From contig LWCA01000119.1 of assembly GCA_001642005.1 (NCBI GenBank), forward strand, positions 1 through 50,690: 50,690 nt of DNA, in the 5' to 3' direction. This document shows positions 13,386 to 26,300 of the stretch, in pieces; the first letter of the stretch is position 1, and the number at the start of each line of letters is the position of its first letter. The position numbers and the translations under genes were made by a program. This DNA comes from Intoshia linei (lineage: Eukaryota > Animalia > Orthonectida). Below the pieces are notes generated by a model. The model ran no database searches. It had not been told where the DNA came from and worked only from the letters and a program-made list of their open reading frames with translations.

Positions 13386-14175
13386 ATAGCTCTGCCGAGG
13401 GCGAACTTATCTAATTTTAACATTAAAAATTTAAATTTAATCTAATATGCTTCATTACCAATTTAATAAATAATTAATGGAAGCAGTAGTTTAAAAACAT
13501 ATTTCGGATAAATTTTACCAACATTGCAAAGCATTGTAATAAATACAAAAATGATAATAACAAAGTTGTAATTTTAGTTGCCGTAATTTAAAAATAAATT
13601 TCGTTAAATTTTTTGAAAATAAGTATTTGAGAATGAAAAATTGTGTAGAAAGAAATGAAAAAAAATACGAAGGAATAAATTATATAGATTTTCATCCATA
13701 TTTCTTTATTCAAAATCTGTAGACGTTCAATGCACTTTTTTTAAAATTGTAGGATCAATATTTACATTTTTATTTTACATTTTATGTTAATCGAAGTATT
13801 TGGAAAATATTGGTTGATAATATATTAAAAATTATTTTTCACTGGGAATGCGTAGATTTCTAGGGTTAAAATTTTCGGATTTTGGCCCTTAAGATATATT
13901 AATTTAAAAATGAAATTTATGATAATATTTATGATTTTAAAATGTGTATCAGAGAGTAAATATTTTTAAATTCTGGAAATCGTTTGATTATTAAAAAAAA
14001 GGATAATTGGGGTTTTTTACCCGTAAAATGTGAGTTTCGGAGGTTTAAACTTATCTTACTTTCGCCCGGAAAAAACCGTAATAGAAATGTGTACTTAATA
14101 AAATTCTAAGACTCGTAGTTATTGAAATAAACGATAACACACACAGACAAATAAAGCATTTTATATAAATAAGGA
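13386..14175 (-). mobile_element. Near-complete copy of the Helitron-like non-autonomous element
   Basis: The 5' end reads A|TCcttatttatataaa..gtctgtgtgtgttatcgtt. The 3' end reads GC-rich gccctcggcagagCTAT|T (CTAG in the copies at ~6144 and ~9753). No TSD or TIR, consistent with rolling-circle elements. Confidence 0.6.
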
Positions 14176-15106
14176 TTAAAGTAAATTTAACTTTAAATCA
14201 AATTTGAAAATCTATAGTTACAAAAATTTTTGAATACAGTAAACTCTGTATAAGTTTTCAATGTTTTCATAGTTTAGTAAATTTTTTGCAGTAAACTAAT
14301 GTTCGACTCTATAACAGTGAATCACTGTCAGTGATTCTTAAGCGGTTATCGGTGTGCTGCGAAAAAATAACTTCATTTTATAAAATTTTAAAATTAGTGA
14401 CACTAATTTAATGTTCAACTTTTACATTGATAACAATTTGATGTAAATTTTGGGGTTTACTATTTAATATAATTTATATACCAGTAATGGCAACCAACTA
14501 AAACTAAGTGTGTTAAATTTAATACCATTTTCAGAAATTTTTTTCTAGTGTGTTTTTATTAAAACAATAATAAAGGTACCACGTTTTCAGAACAAATAAT
14601 ACATTCAGCCTTTTCATTTTTATTAATCACTGCATATTAAGGTGTCTCATGGGTATTTAGAAAAAATATCATTTATAATATCATATCAATAAAATTTTAT
14701 ATAAGAATTGATACAACAATAATAATAAGAACAATTGGTAACTCTTTCAAACAAATTAAAAAAACTAAAAAAATAATTAATTTAATTTCAGAGATTGAAA
14801 TGTAAAATGAAAAAAAATATTTAAAAAGCGTTTCCCATCACACTGAATTATGTTGAAAAAACCTACCGTATTAATTTAAAACAGTCAAGCTCATAAATAA
14901 CAATCTCCATTTAAACGTGTCACGTCATCACACGACATTACGTATATTTTTAAATTATATACATCAATTTTTTATTCAGAAGCGAAATACATATATGTTG
15001 ATGAAAAGTGATTAAAAATGTAATATTATGTGTATTAGTAATATTAAAAACTACAACATTTACAAATCAGTGAGTATAAATAAGATTAAAATAAGGTTAA
15101 ATATAT

Positions 15107-15466
15107 CTAGATAAACTCTGTCAACTCTGAAAAATCTTCATAATCAGCATTAACGTTTCTTTTGTGAGGAATTGTTCGAAATCTATAACTCCTTTTCCCA
15201 TTAGCTAAAATGTAATGTAATTTGAAATGAAATATATACCTGAAAGACAAAAGTGTACTCTCCAAATTCCTTGACATTTTTCTAATCGGTTCTTTAAAAA
15301 TTTAATAAAATAATAAATTACGATTCAAATATGAATCCATATCAGAATCACGTATAATAACTCCTAAAAAAGTTTTAATATACAATTAAAAAGTACATTA
15401 AAGTATATTACCTTTTATTGCTCGTTCAAAGAAAAAAACAAAAAGAAAAATTAAAAGAACGTTCAT
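15107..15466 (-). CDS. Excitatory peptide (EP/GGNG; CCHamide-related) neuropeptide precursor, 78 aa, 4 exons
   Basis: Exons 15466-15412, 15363-15322, 15281-15240, 15204-15107 (GT-AG introns of 48, 40, 35 nt) give MNVLLIFLFVFFFERAIKG-VIIRDSDMDSYLNQ-KCQGIWRVHFCLSAN-GKR-SYRFRTIPH-KR-NVNADYEDFSELTEFI*. It has a hydrophobic signal, a KC-x-G-x-W-x-x-H-x-C-xxx-N-G-KR motif matching annelid/mollusc EP (KCSGxWAIHACxGGN-amide), an amidation Gly and a dibasic site. Confidence 0.85.
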
Positions 15467-15837
15467 GTGCATTGATTTAAAAAATTATAGTTATTTAAGC
15501 AAAAAATAAGAGATTTAATCTATATAAATTATTTGTTTATCAATCAATAACAAATTTATATGAAATTATACTAAACGAATACATGTGTGGTTTATTTTAA
15601 TCAATATTTAAATTATCAGTTTTAATTGAATTTGTCTTAAATGAAACCTAAAAGTACATTTATAAATAATAATAATAATATATTAGCAATTTATTATCTA
15701 TAAATATTCGTAATGCTAATAAACAAAATAACAAATATTAATATTTTTTAATTAAACTTTTAATATGACATTACAGTGTAAAGATTGCACTGTAATTGTT
15801 ATTTTATGTAACTTGGATAATTAAAATAATTTATAAA

Positions 15838-16455
15838 ATGACTGACAATGAAATATTGAATACATATTATTCCATTTTGGTTAAAACAGGATTAAAAAAT
15901 GGTTTACATCCAGAAAATACTGCATTATATTACAAATTATTTAAAGAAATTGTGAAATTTATCGACAGTCGAGATTTAAATGAAAGTTTGAGTAATTTAA
16001 TTAATATATTAAATCATCCTCAAGATGTGACACTTGCTTTATTTGATATTTGTCAAAAATTTACCAAATTTGAAATGGATTGTGTTATTAATACTATTAA
16101 TAATCAAGTTTTAAAAAATTATAAACTTTTGAAACGAGTCATTCATATCAGTAAAAACCATCAAATAAGTCAGAATAAGGTTTCCCAAAGTATTGAGGTT
16201 AATGTACCCACTTCATATGATGAAATATTTGTTAATCCTATAAATGTGAGCCATTTTGAGCATAATGTTATTAAACAAAATCGAATTGATAAAATAAAAA
16301 TGAAATACTACAAGATTAAAGAAGATGTGTCAAACAAATTTTCTATTGAATTTTCAAAACTTAAAAGTGATTTTGGAAATCATTTGGAGATTAACAAATT
16401 TTATCCTCAAAACATGTACAATATAAAGGTAAATTTAATAGTAGTGATTGTGTAA
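15838..16455 (+). CDS. Uncharacterised ~206-aa protein, possibly flagellar C1a-32 (CLAMP)/C8orf74-like
   Basis: Long open frame in AT-rich DNA, with ATG at 15838. The pattern YY..LV..G...E....Y.L....L....F...E...VI....N.VLKNYKLLKRV resembles the C1a-32 domain from memory; not verified. There may be a further short exon to ~16510. Confidence 0.55.
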   Translation: MTDNEILNTYYSILVKTGLKNGLHPENTALYYKLFKEIVKFIDSRDLNESLSNLINILNHPQDVTLALFDICQKFTKFEMDCVINTINNQVLKNYKLLKRVIHISKNHQISQNKVSQSIEVNVPTSYDEIFVNPINVSHFEHNVIKQNRIDKIKMKYYKIKEDVSNKFSIEFSKLKSDFGNHLEINKFYPQNMYNIKVNLIVVIV

Positions 16456-17513
16456 GATAAAAAACGGTAAAGTATTGATATTTCCCGAGATTTCCCCTCC
16501 ACTCCTCTAAATTATAAATAACATTTTGTAATATTACATTATGATAACTATAATTAATATTGCGGACTTTTCAAAAGTCTATTTTGAAATATCAGATGAA
16601 TCAATCAGATAAACTTCTGGGAACTAAGGTTGTCGACACCTTAATAGTTAAATTTAGTAAAAATGATATGTGCATTGCACATTTTTAAGTACCTGTGTAA
16701 CTCTTTATAACCACCATTAAGAAGTAAAGTACAGTGCTTTTCTTAACCATTTTAGTCATGAAATGGAAAATATTTTTTTATTCATCATTTTTTGCATATT
16801 AGCAAATTATTACATTTTTAATTACCCGGAGTCACAATCACTATTTAATAATAATGTAATAATTACTATATTACATTTTAAATGTAAAATTTAGACTGTC
16901 AAAATTGTTTTAAGTGAATATATACAAGAAATGTTTAATAAAATGGCCGATTTAATTGTGAATAAATATATGAATATTTCGGAAAATAATATTAACCAAA
17001 TGTTAGAAATTGAAAATGTTAATGATGAGTGATGTAAATTAAATTACTTTCATTTATTTTTATAATTTTGATATTTGAGATGTTTTTACCCTGAGGTAAT
17101 GATTTAAGTCAATTTTACTTGGCTAAACAAATTAATGAAAAAAATAATTTTACAAGTTACGAAATCTTTCTTTTCGAATTAAAAATGACATCATATAGAA
17201 ATTATGCAAGCTTATTTAGTTACACTTGTACTTGTTTAGTAGTTACTACCCTAAGGGTTAGATTTTGGAGTTTTTATGATTTTTATTTGAAATACTGAAA
17301 AACCCGATTTCAATAAAAAAATCTTAAAAAGTCTACTTTATGATATGATTGTACATAGTTTTTTATTGTTATACCCCACATGAAATATATACATTAGACA
17401 CTACAACGGTTAAAGTCGTGGTAATGTTAAAAATAACCGTTACGCAAGCAGAATAAGGATGGAAAATATATTTTTTTGATAATAACGGACAGTATGGAGT
17501 CCATAATATGGAT

Positions 17514-18816
17514 CAGTGTTTCCCAATCTTTATTACTGCATTACCCATATTATAGTACTTATTTTGATATCACCCACAATATTATTTTGATAGCATATTC
17601 TATGGTTAGGTGTTTAGAATAAAAGTCATATAAATTTTTTATTAATGTATTTTTTAATTAAAATTTTTAAAAAACTAATTTTGAAAATACAGGCTAATTC
17701 TTATTTATTGGAATTTTTCTAAAGTACAAAAACTATGAGTTATACTAATACTTTTTCGGTTTAAATTAAAGTCTTTAGATACGTAAAAAATTATATTTTT
17801 TTCTTGATTAATGATGATAATAATGGTTGATTATTAATTATATTAAATAAAATAACCTGAAAATAAGATAAAGTGAAATGAAATGAAAATCAAAATAATT
17901 TCAATTTTTAATTGTTTGAATGCAGTGGTTCTCAGTTCAAATTGTGTATGGACCCCATTTTAAAATATTTATTTTTTTGCACCAAGATAAACCTGAAATA
18001 TTAAACATTGATGAAAAAATTAAAGATTTTTCATCGTGGGATTTAGTAAAATCGTGTTTTTCTAAAAAATATTGAAAAAGACTATTTTTTTAATAGAGAG
18101 TTGGTAAAATTTCATTTTTATTTTGGGTTTTGGATTAGGAAATTGTTGCTTATAAGATTTAGTAAAATCGAAATTTTCAAAATAATATTGAAAAAAGAAG
18201 AATTATTCCCTTAAACGTGATTAATTAATTTTGGAGTTTTATTTTGGGTTGGAATAACAGGTTTTTCACATAAAATTTTAAATCGTGTTTTTAAAAAAAA
18301 TATTGAAAAAATGGTATTTTTCCTTTAAGGGATGGTAAAATTAGATTTTTTATTTAGTGGATTTTATTATAATGTTTCGTGAAATCGAATTTTTTAAAAA
18401 AATATTGGTAAGTCAATTTTCCCAGAGCTTGAAATGTTATTTTTGATTAAATTTTATTAAAGTTTGGATAAAATTTGTGATAAAAGGATAAAAGTGGGAT
18501 TTTTGAAATAATAATGTAACAGTTATCTAAGATTTTGGATAATTAACATCTAGAAAATCTGTAATAAATATTAAAAATTTACGTATAAAAATAAATAAAA
18601 ATTGATCAAAATTTTTATATTTTTTATTTGAATCTCACAGGCCCAGGCATATAATTTTGGACACCAATCGAAAACCACTGTTCCGTTAATTCCGATAACG
18701 AGAATGTTTTCTTAAAAAAATTCCTCGTTATTTTTTTAGAACAAATTTCACTATTACGTATTAAAAATATTAAATTACCCACTCGTGGGTAAATACCGAC
18801 AGATTGGAAATCACTG
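17514..18816. mobile_element. hAT-type MITE containing a nested MITE (17923-18680)
   Basis: TIRs cagtgttttcccaatct/agattggaaatcactg; 8-bp TSD atatggat/gtatggat. The inner element runs cagtggttctc..gaaaaccactg and carries degenerate ~29-bp repeats. Confidence 0.8.
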
Positions 18817-19764
18817 GTATGGATCGACTGAATTAAAAATTTTTAAATTCATAATAAACGTAACCCTTACTATTTACTTATTTTTGTATTGATACTAATT
18901 GTACAATGTAGAATGTACATTGTTGCTGTGTATATGTAATGGTTAATATATCAAAATTGGTGAAAATACTGGAAACGATATACTAATGGTAATCAAAAAA
19001 ATTAAGAATTGAAAAATATAGACCATGAAGAAATGTAATATAAATTACATGGACCAAAAAAATTATTTTTAAATGCATTGAATAACAGGTATGTCACATT
19101 TAATATGTTACATCCCAAAAAAAAATTTACCAATCTTCCAGGTATTTTTTATATAACTTTGTTCCTATGTATAATTTTGGCGACGTATGCTAAAATTTTT
19201 TAAAATGGATCAACGCGCTTTAAAGATTTCCTCGCTACTCAAGCCAACACTGTTTAGTTATAAATACAACTAATTTCTTTCTTTTTTTGATTTTTTCTGT
19301 TTTAACAAGTATACAATGTAAATTTAAATTTATATTTTTCAAGTGTCAAAAACTCAAGCTTGTATTTATTAACATTGCAAAGAGAAACACTTTTTTCAAA
19401 TTGATATAAACGTTTGATGGTTTAAAAATTAAAGTTTAATAGTTTTATATTTTAATTACAATTTATATCAATCGGACCTCAAATCAATAAAGTCCTGAAT
19501 TATTGATCGTGGTATTCGTTTCTAAATTTATAGAAAATAAATGTTTTCAAAAATGTATATAAAATAAAAATATTTAAAAATTTTTAAAAATGTATCTCTA
19601 ACCCAGTTATGCTTAATCAGTGCGCCATGAGTAAAGTTCAAGTTTACTGCAAAGAAATCTGATTTTATTTTATAAATTTTTAAAAATTAGTGTCAAACTT
19701 TTACATTGACAATTCTTTGATTAACTATTTAATATAATATAATATTAAATACGGGTGTCTACTT

Positions 19765-20150
19765 AAACCCATCAATTTTTACTTAAATTCAATCATTTTT
19801 ACTAAAATTCCAATTTTAAGCAACCTTAAGGGAAAAATTCATATTCACAAACCCTTATGTGAAAAACCCACTTTTACCAACTATTTAGGAATAATAAAAT
19901 GCAGTTAAGATTTAAACCTTTTACGGTTGGTAAAACAGGATTATTCGTTTTAGAGTTTGTAAAAGTGGATTAATCCCTTAAGGGTTGATAAAACGGGAAT
20001 TTTCACTTAAGTGTTGGTAAATCTGATTTTTTCATTTTAGGATTGGTAAAATTGGATTTTTCCATAAAAAGTTGGTAAAAGTGGGTTTTTATCTTAAGGG
20101 TATATGAAAATGAATTTTTCCCTTAGGGGTTTGTAAAAGTGGATTTTTAT
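19765..20150. repeat. Degenerate 29-bp minisatellite (gttggtaaaa.tggatttttcccttaagg): ~8 forward copies plus several inverted copies
   Basis: Units start at ~19926, 19955, 19984, 20013, 20042, 20071, 20100 and 20129. Reverse-complement units lie at 19765-19880. The same unit is present at ~18030-18440 and ~38905-39060. Confidence 0.8.
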
Positions 20151-20389
20151 TGCATTTTATTTGCAAGGCAAATAGGTTATCATTGTTTTTCTAATCTCTG
20201 TGCCACTCAAGGCTATTAAAAACGGTTAAGGAAATAATTTTTCAATTTTTCAAAATTCCAAAATTAACAAAAGTAATGTAATAACTTCGGCATCTATTTG
20301 AAGTATTAAAAACGTGATATTTATAATTATAAACAATCAATTGAAACCCTTAACTTTAATTTTACACAACGTTAGTTATCAATAATATG

Positions 20390-23300
20390 TCAATATACTA
20401 TCACTAGGTTGTCAACCTTTAGTGTCTATAATATTTTATGGTAGTGTATAATTAAAGATTGTTTACATTGCACACATGTAAAACTTTTAATTTTTAAAAT
20501 TACATAGGTAGAGTTTTCTATAGTTGAGTTTAAACTTTTTTTAGGTAAATTCAGTAAATTGGTCAAATCTGACAGTATTAGTACATCTATTGTACTTTTA
20601 TCGTTATTGCGGATTCTGGTTAAGGTTGACGTAAATAATGAACAATCACAATGAGCTACCTGTCCACCTATTTGAAAAAAACAAATTTAAAATTTGTTAA
20701 AAGATTTAAATTTAAAGTACATTCTTTATTGTATTTGTATTACCTTTTTTATTATATAGTGATTTTTTGAAATAGTTAAGAAGTAAATAAAACATGTAAG
20801 ATTCAAACGAAGACCAGAATATGGTGTAATTTTTATCGTCTACAATTCTATCAACAATACATTTTTTCCTTTTTATATAATCGCATATATTTATGGCAGT
20901 CTAAATTACTTTCTAGTTTTTTAATATTTATATATATTTCCACTTACATCAGTTGTTTGTTTGGTATAAAATGGCTTACTGTAAACTTTTTCTTTTCTGC
21001 AAATTTTCAAAGCTTTTTTTATGGATTTTGTTATTAAAAGATAAAAGCTAAATTATCAATATTTTAAAAGTTTTTTTTAAAAGTTTATTAATAATAATAC
21101 TTTTAATACCTTTTAATATTGTCAGCCAGTAGTCTTTTAAATAATTCGCTTTCTTCATATACGTGTGTTAAAACTTTACTTATAATTATATTATTTTCAC
21201 TAAAATTCTATCACATTTTTTAATATATTTACATCTTATAATATATATATCTAAGATTTTAATACATACTTAATCTCAGATATTTCCTTTCTGTAAAAGC
21301 TAGAATGAAAAATATTGATAGCTTCCTGAAGATGAGACATTATGTTACCAAAATATTGATGTCTTTCAATTGAATATTCAATGGATTCTATTGAAATAAA
21401 ATATATATCCTTTACTTACTTATATTCTATGTAAAATTAAATGTCTGTGTGTGTTACCGTTTATTTAAAAAATAACTGTAATAGAATTTAAACAAACCCA
21501 ATTTTTAATGCAGTTTTTCGAAAGTGATGTTTTACATTATTTAATTAATAGTAAATTAATCAATAATAAAAAGTAGGTACTATTTTAAACGCAAATAAAC
21601 GCTTTTCTTAGCAAAATATTTTTTCAAATTACTATCTTTACTTATATAAAGTAAAATGATTAAAAATGTGTCTCTTTATTTGTTCCAGTTTATTTAAGAG
21701 TAAGGGTAAGATAGTTAACAACTTAAGTAAGGGGGTCGAGTTTTACAAATTCCAAATTTTTATAACAGTTTTTTTAAAGTGATGTTTTATTGGAAATTTG
21801 TATTTCAGAAATTAAGTTCTTCAAGGTTAAAACCCCAATTGTCCTTTGTTTTTAAATTCAAACCCGTCCTAGAATTATAAAGATTACATATTCTAATGAA
21901 AAGTTTTAAATTCATCAATATTATGATAATTTTCAATTTCAAATATATAATATTATAAAATATGGTCAAAAAATTTCCTAAAAACCCTCTTTAAATTTTG
22001 GTACAAAAAAAATCTGTAAGCTATAATTAAAACTATAATAGGAATGTGGAATTTTTAAAACTCTAAAACTCTTAGTAATTGAAACAAACGATAACAGACA
22101 AAAAAAAGTTAATATAAGTTAAAAATATTGCTAACTTAGAATTAATAAAAACCTGAAGTTGGTAATTGTTTACTAGAATATCGGAGCAAATAAATGAGAT
22201 AATAATTGTAAATCATATGTGCCATGTTTTGATAAAGATATGTTACATTTGCTATTATTAATTCCTTTTCAGATACCTAATTTGGAAGAATATAATAGTG
22301 AACTTCTACAATATACAATGTACATTACAATGCATATTATTTATGTCATAATTACATTGATACATCTGAAAATATTGTTGATTAGACTGGAAAAAATTTC
22401 ATAAAACAAAGAAAATCCATTTCCATTGTCCAAATCTGTATTTGCGTCAGTAGAATCTTTATTTGATTCAACATCGCTACTGGAATTTGATATGTTAAGT
22501 TCTTTACTAAATGATTTTCCAAATGATATTAAACTTTGAGATTTGTGTATTTTATTCAATTTGACTGGAGTTGAATCAAAAAATTGATAATTCAGTTTTT
22601 TTGCCTTTTTTTTCAAACTGCCGAGTCCTCTCATCATTTGTCTATTGGTACTTTTTCTAATAAATTAATTAACTAACAAATAAAAAAATAAATGCAAGTA
22701 AATAAAAATAAATTATATTTTCGTGGTACCCAAATATTATATAGATAAAAAGTATGTACAATGTACATTGCACACCGGGCCCATACGGACGACCCTTGAC
22801 CTAAGAAACTTTTATAGTAATATAGCTAGGCCACTGTAACTATAATTATAGTTTAATAGATTTTTAAATTTTTAACAATAACTTTTTAGTGTCTATTTGA
22901 ATTTTATCTATATCTAATGCACTATTATTTTCAACGTTTGTCTTTGTTTTATGATATGGTAATTTTTCCACTAGTTTTGTCATCAATTTCTGTTGTTCTT
23001 TTATTTCGAAACTAAACAATTATTAATATTTAAGATTAGTGTTTACAGAAGTGATTATCAAACTTTTTTACCACAGCGCGCACTTGGCATTAATAAAAAA
23101 TTTTGTCACATTACAAATTTTTTTAAGCATTAACATTATTTGTAAATAAATTTTATGCACCCACTATGCGAAATATTATAATATATATAAATAAGATTTG
23201 AAGGTGCAGTTGTCTACCTAAAAACAATTTAACAACCTAATTCACAAAAAAGTATGTACAGTTTTACTACATGTATATTCACTAATAACATTGTTCAGTG

Positions 23301-26300
23301 TTTCGATGATTAAATATATTATAATTTATAAAATATAATTGATAAATAAATACTTTATATATCGAGAACGATATTTTCGAAACGTTTCCAAATTTGAAGC
23401 GTGAACATAAGGCCACGTCATTTTACCTATAATTGAGTTTTCTATTTCGTATGATCTAAACATTACCATTAACAGAAAATAATACTCTTTATGTTACAAT
23501 ATTGTAACAATTTTACATGACTAATTTTATATTTTGTTTGCTATATGGTATTATATCAAATCGGAATGTGGGCAAAAAAATCATTTGATAAAATTAAAAT
23601 TTAGTTAATATTAAATACGTTATATAATTTTTAAGTACAGACACCTCAATGTAACGTACATATAATTTTTTATGTTATAACAAATTCCGCTATACAGTGT
23701 TTTATTGTTAAAAACTTACAAGAAAATTTTGTTCAAAAAAAAATTTTAGTTCAACTATACCTAATAAAAAATATCTGTCAAAATCAAAAGCACTATACAT
23801 TGTAAAAGTAAAGGTAGAACATAAAAACCATCAAACCATCACAGTTTTGTCAAAGAAATGAAATTGAAACTTTAATTTAAAAATTGTTATTTTTAAATGT
23901 TAATTTTTTACCCTAAAACAGGGATGCCTAATTTATCGATCGCAAATAGTTTTCTAGTCGATTGCAAAATTAAATTATTAGAATTAATTTTTATTGTATT
24001 AATATTTGTTATTAAAATGATCTATATTTTAATATTGTTAAAATTTTTACACATTTGAATAAATGTGATGTGACTTGTTTAAATCTTTATCTAATAAATA
24101 AACTATTAGATAGTCCATATTTGTTAGACTATGTTTTGACAATTATTTTCAAATATACAGCGAAGTGCTTCAAATCATTCCGAATTTTAATTTTTTTGTT
24201 TTTTACGATCACACTAAACATTTAGTTAAGCATTTTTATGGTATTTTTCCTATTAGAAACATTATTCTAGTCAATGTATTAGTCGATCGCCACTCATTGA
24301 AAAATTTTAAAGCTGATCGCATCAAAAAAAGCTTGAGCACCCCTAAAATAACAAACAAATATATAATACATAACATTAAAATAATTACTTTTTAATCAAA
24401 TACGACAATTCTTCGCAAAATGAACTGGTTTTACCTAATGAATTTCGTACAAATGGCTAAAAATGTTTAGTTAAATTAAATGTACATTGTACATTTTACA
24501 TTTTACAATTAAAGCCAAACCTACCATCCTCGAAGCCACATAAAATCAAAATTAGACCCTAACCATTTTTATCAAGCTGTGAATAATGTCATATAGCCCA
24601 TATCCATCTCTATAATGCAATGATTCTTAAAATTTTTTACTACACAATGCGAACTTAGCATTAATTAAAAATTTTGGTGGGAACCATGTAATAGACAAAA
24701 ATCAATATATTAAAAGTTTATATTACTACTATACATATAATAATAAATATTCTAGTCAGGAATGGAAACTAATATCTTAAAGCAGTGGTTTCCAAATTTT
24801 TATTGTTGCAACCCCTATAAAATTGTAATAAAAATTTTGATGCATTATTATCAAAAATAAAACATAAAAACTTAACTTCTCTCGATCTAGCGGTTGGGAA
24901 CCACTGGCTTATAGTCAGCGACAATTAATAATAACATACTTAAATTTAAATAATCTATTTTAAAATAATTATTTAATGTTTGAAATTTTAACTTAATGAG
25001 TTTTGGTATTTTTATTAATTTCAGGTCGTATTAGACAAAGAAATTATCATTTCTTCTTCTACATATTTAATTTTTTGTCTTTTTTAATATGTTTAATATC
25101 AATAAGGGTAGAAAATCCTTGATTTAAAATTTATTTTAGATGTCTCAGTGCACACTAGTGCGCGTTGGCGTACTTATTGATAATCATTGCTATAATGCCG
25201 TGTACGGGATTGGCTTGTCGGTTTACATTTTACACACAAAATAAATTTAGTTATGATATTCAAAAATATAATTTTTTGAAATGCTTAATTTTGAAAAATA
25301 AACCCCCATTTGACAAAAATTTCGTCGAGGTCGCCGAAAAGTCTCATGATACTGTAGGTTCTGATTTGTCTGCAAGTATATGTTACCGCCCTTATAAGTG
25401 TCAATAATTATGAACAATTGAGTCAAATATAACTTCATTTTACATTCCCCAAAAAATGAAACAATACTTTGATTTATATATAATTCTTCAAATTAATTAA
25501 TAATCTAAAAGGACGGTAACGTCAATCACAATGCAAATGTACATTATCAAAAATTGATTATTTTTTTAATCAATAATAATTTAAATTAAATTTACTTCAA
25601 TGTGATTATGATAGTAATATTTTACAAATCTTTTGATAACAGTTTGCTTTTCGAAAAATACTAAAATTAACCTATTTAATTATAAGATGAAAATTTCCTA
25701 AATTTCTTTATTATATGAACACTTTTCATATAATTGACGGGCAACAAAAGGGTAATCTCGAGATTCTCAACTTACAAATTGTTTCAATATTGTTCTATAT
25801 CTTTGTTGAGGAATAATACAAAAATTTATAATTTGGATAATGAGTAGTTTAGAAAAAAAAATTTCGTAGTGAACTTTTTCATAAAGACTCAATTATTGCA
25901 AATTAACTACAATAATTATAAAAAAAAAAATTATCATTAACGGGACTAATATAGGTAATTTTATAAATTAAATTTAAAATTTTTATTTAATTCTTAAGCC
26001 GGGCACCCAATAAAATTATTTAATGATGCACAAAAATGCCATTAAATTTTGGAAAATATTGATGCATAAAGTAAATAACGATTACGGTTCGGTGAACACG
26101 TTTTAAAATATTACTTTTGGAAATTTGATCTATATCTTTATGTAAAATGATTCTTAGTGCTTCAAATTTGTCTACCACAGATTCAACATACTAATTTATG
26201 TAAATTTATGCAATATATGTATTATATTAATAATTTCTAAAATTTACCACACACAAATTGGAAATGTACACATCGATATACCCTATCGCATTAGACTAAA

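Noticed and set aside
19920-20150. Regularly spaced 29-bp repeats resembling a CRISPR array
   Set aside because: The units are contiguous and degenerate with no unique spacers, there are no cas genes, and the context is eukaryotic.
25025-25407. Plus-strand DHHC-like snippet (RQRNYHFFF) and the 80-aa ORF 25165-25407
   Set aside because: No DHHC/Cys-rich motif lies upstream and no coherent exon chain could be built; it lies antisense within an EXOC5 intron.
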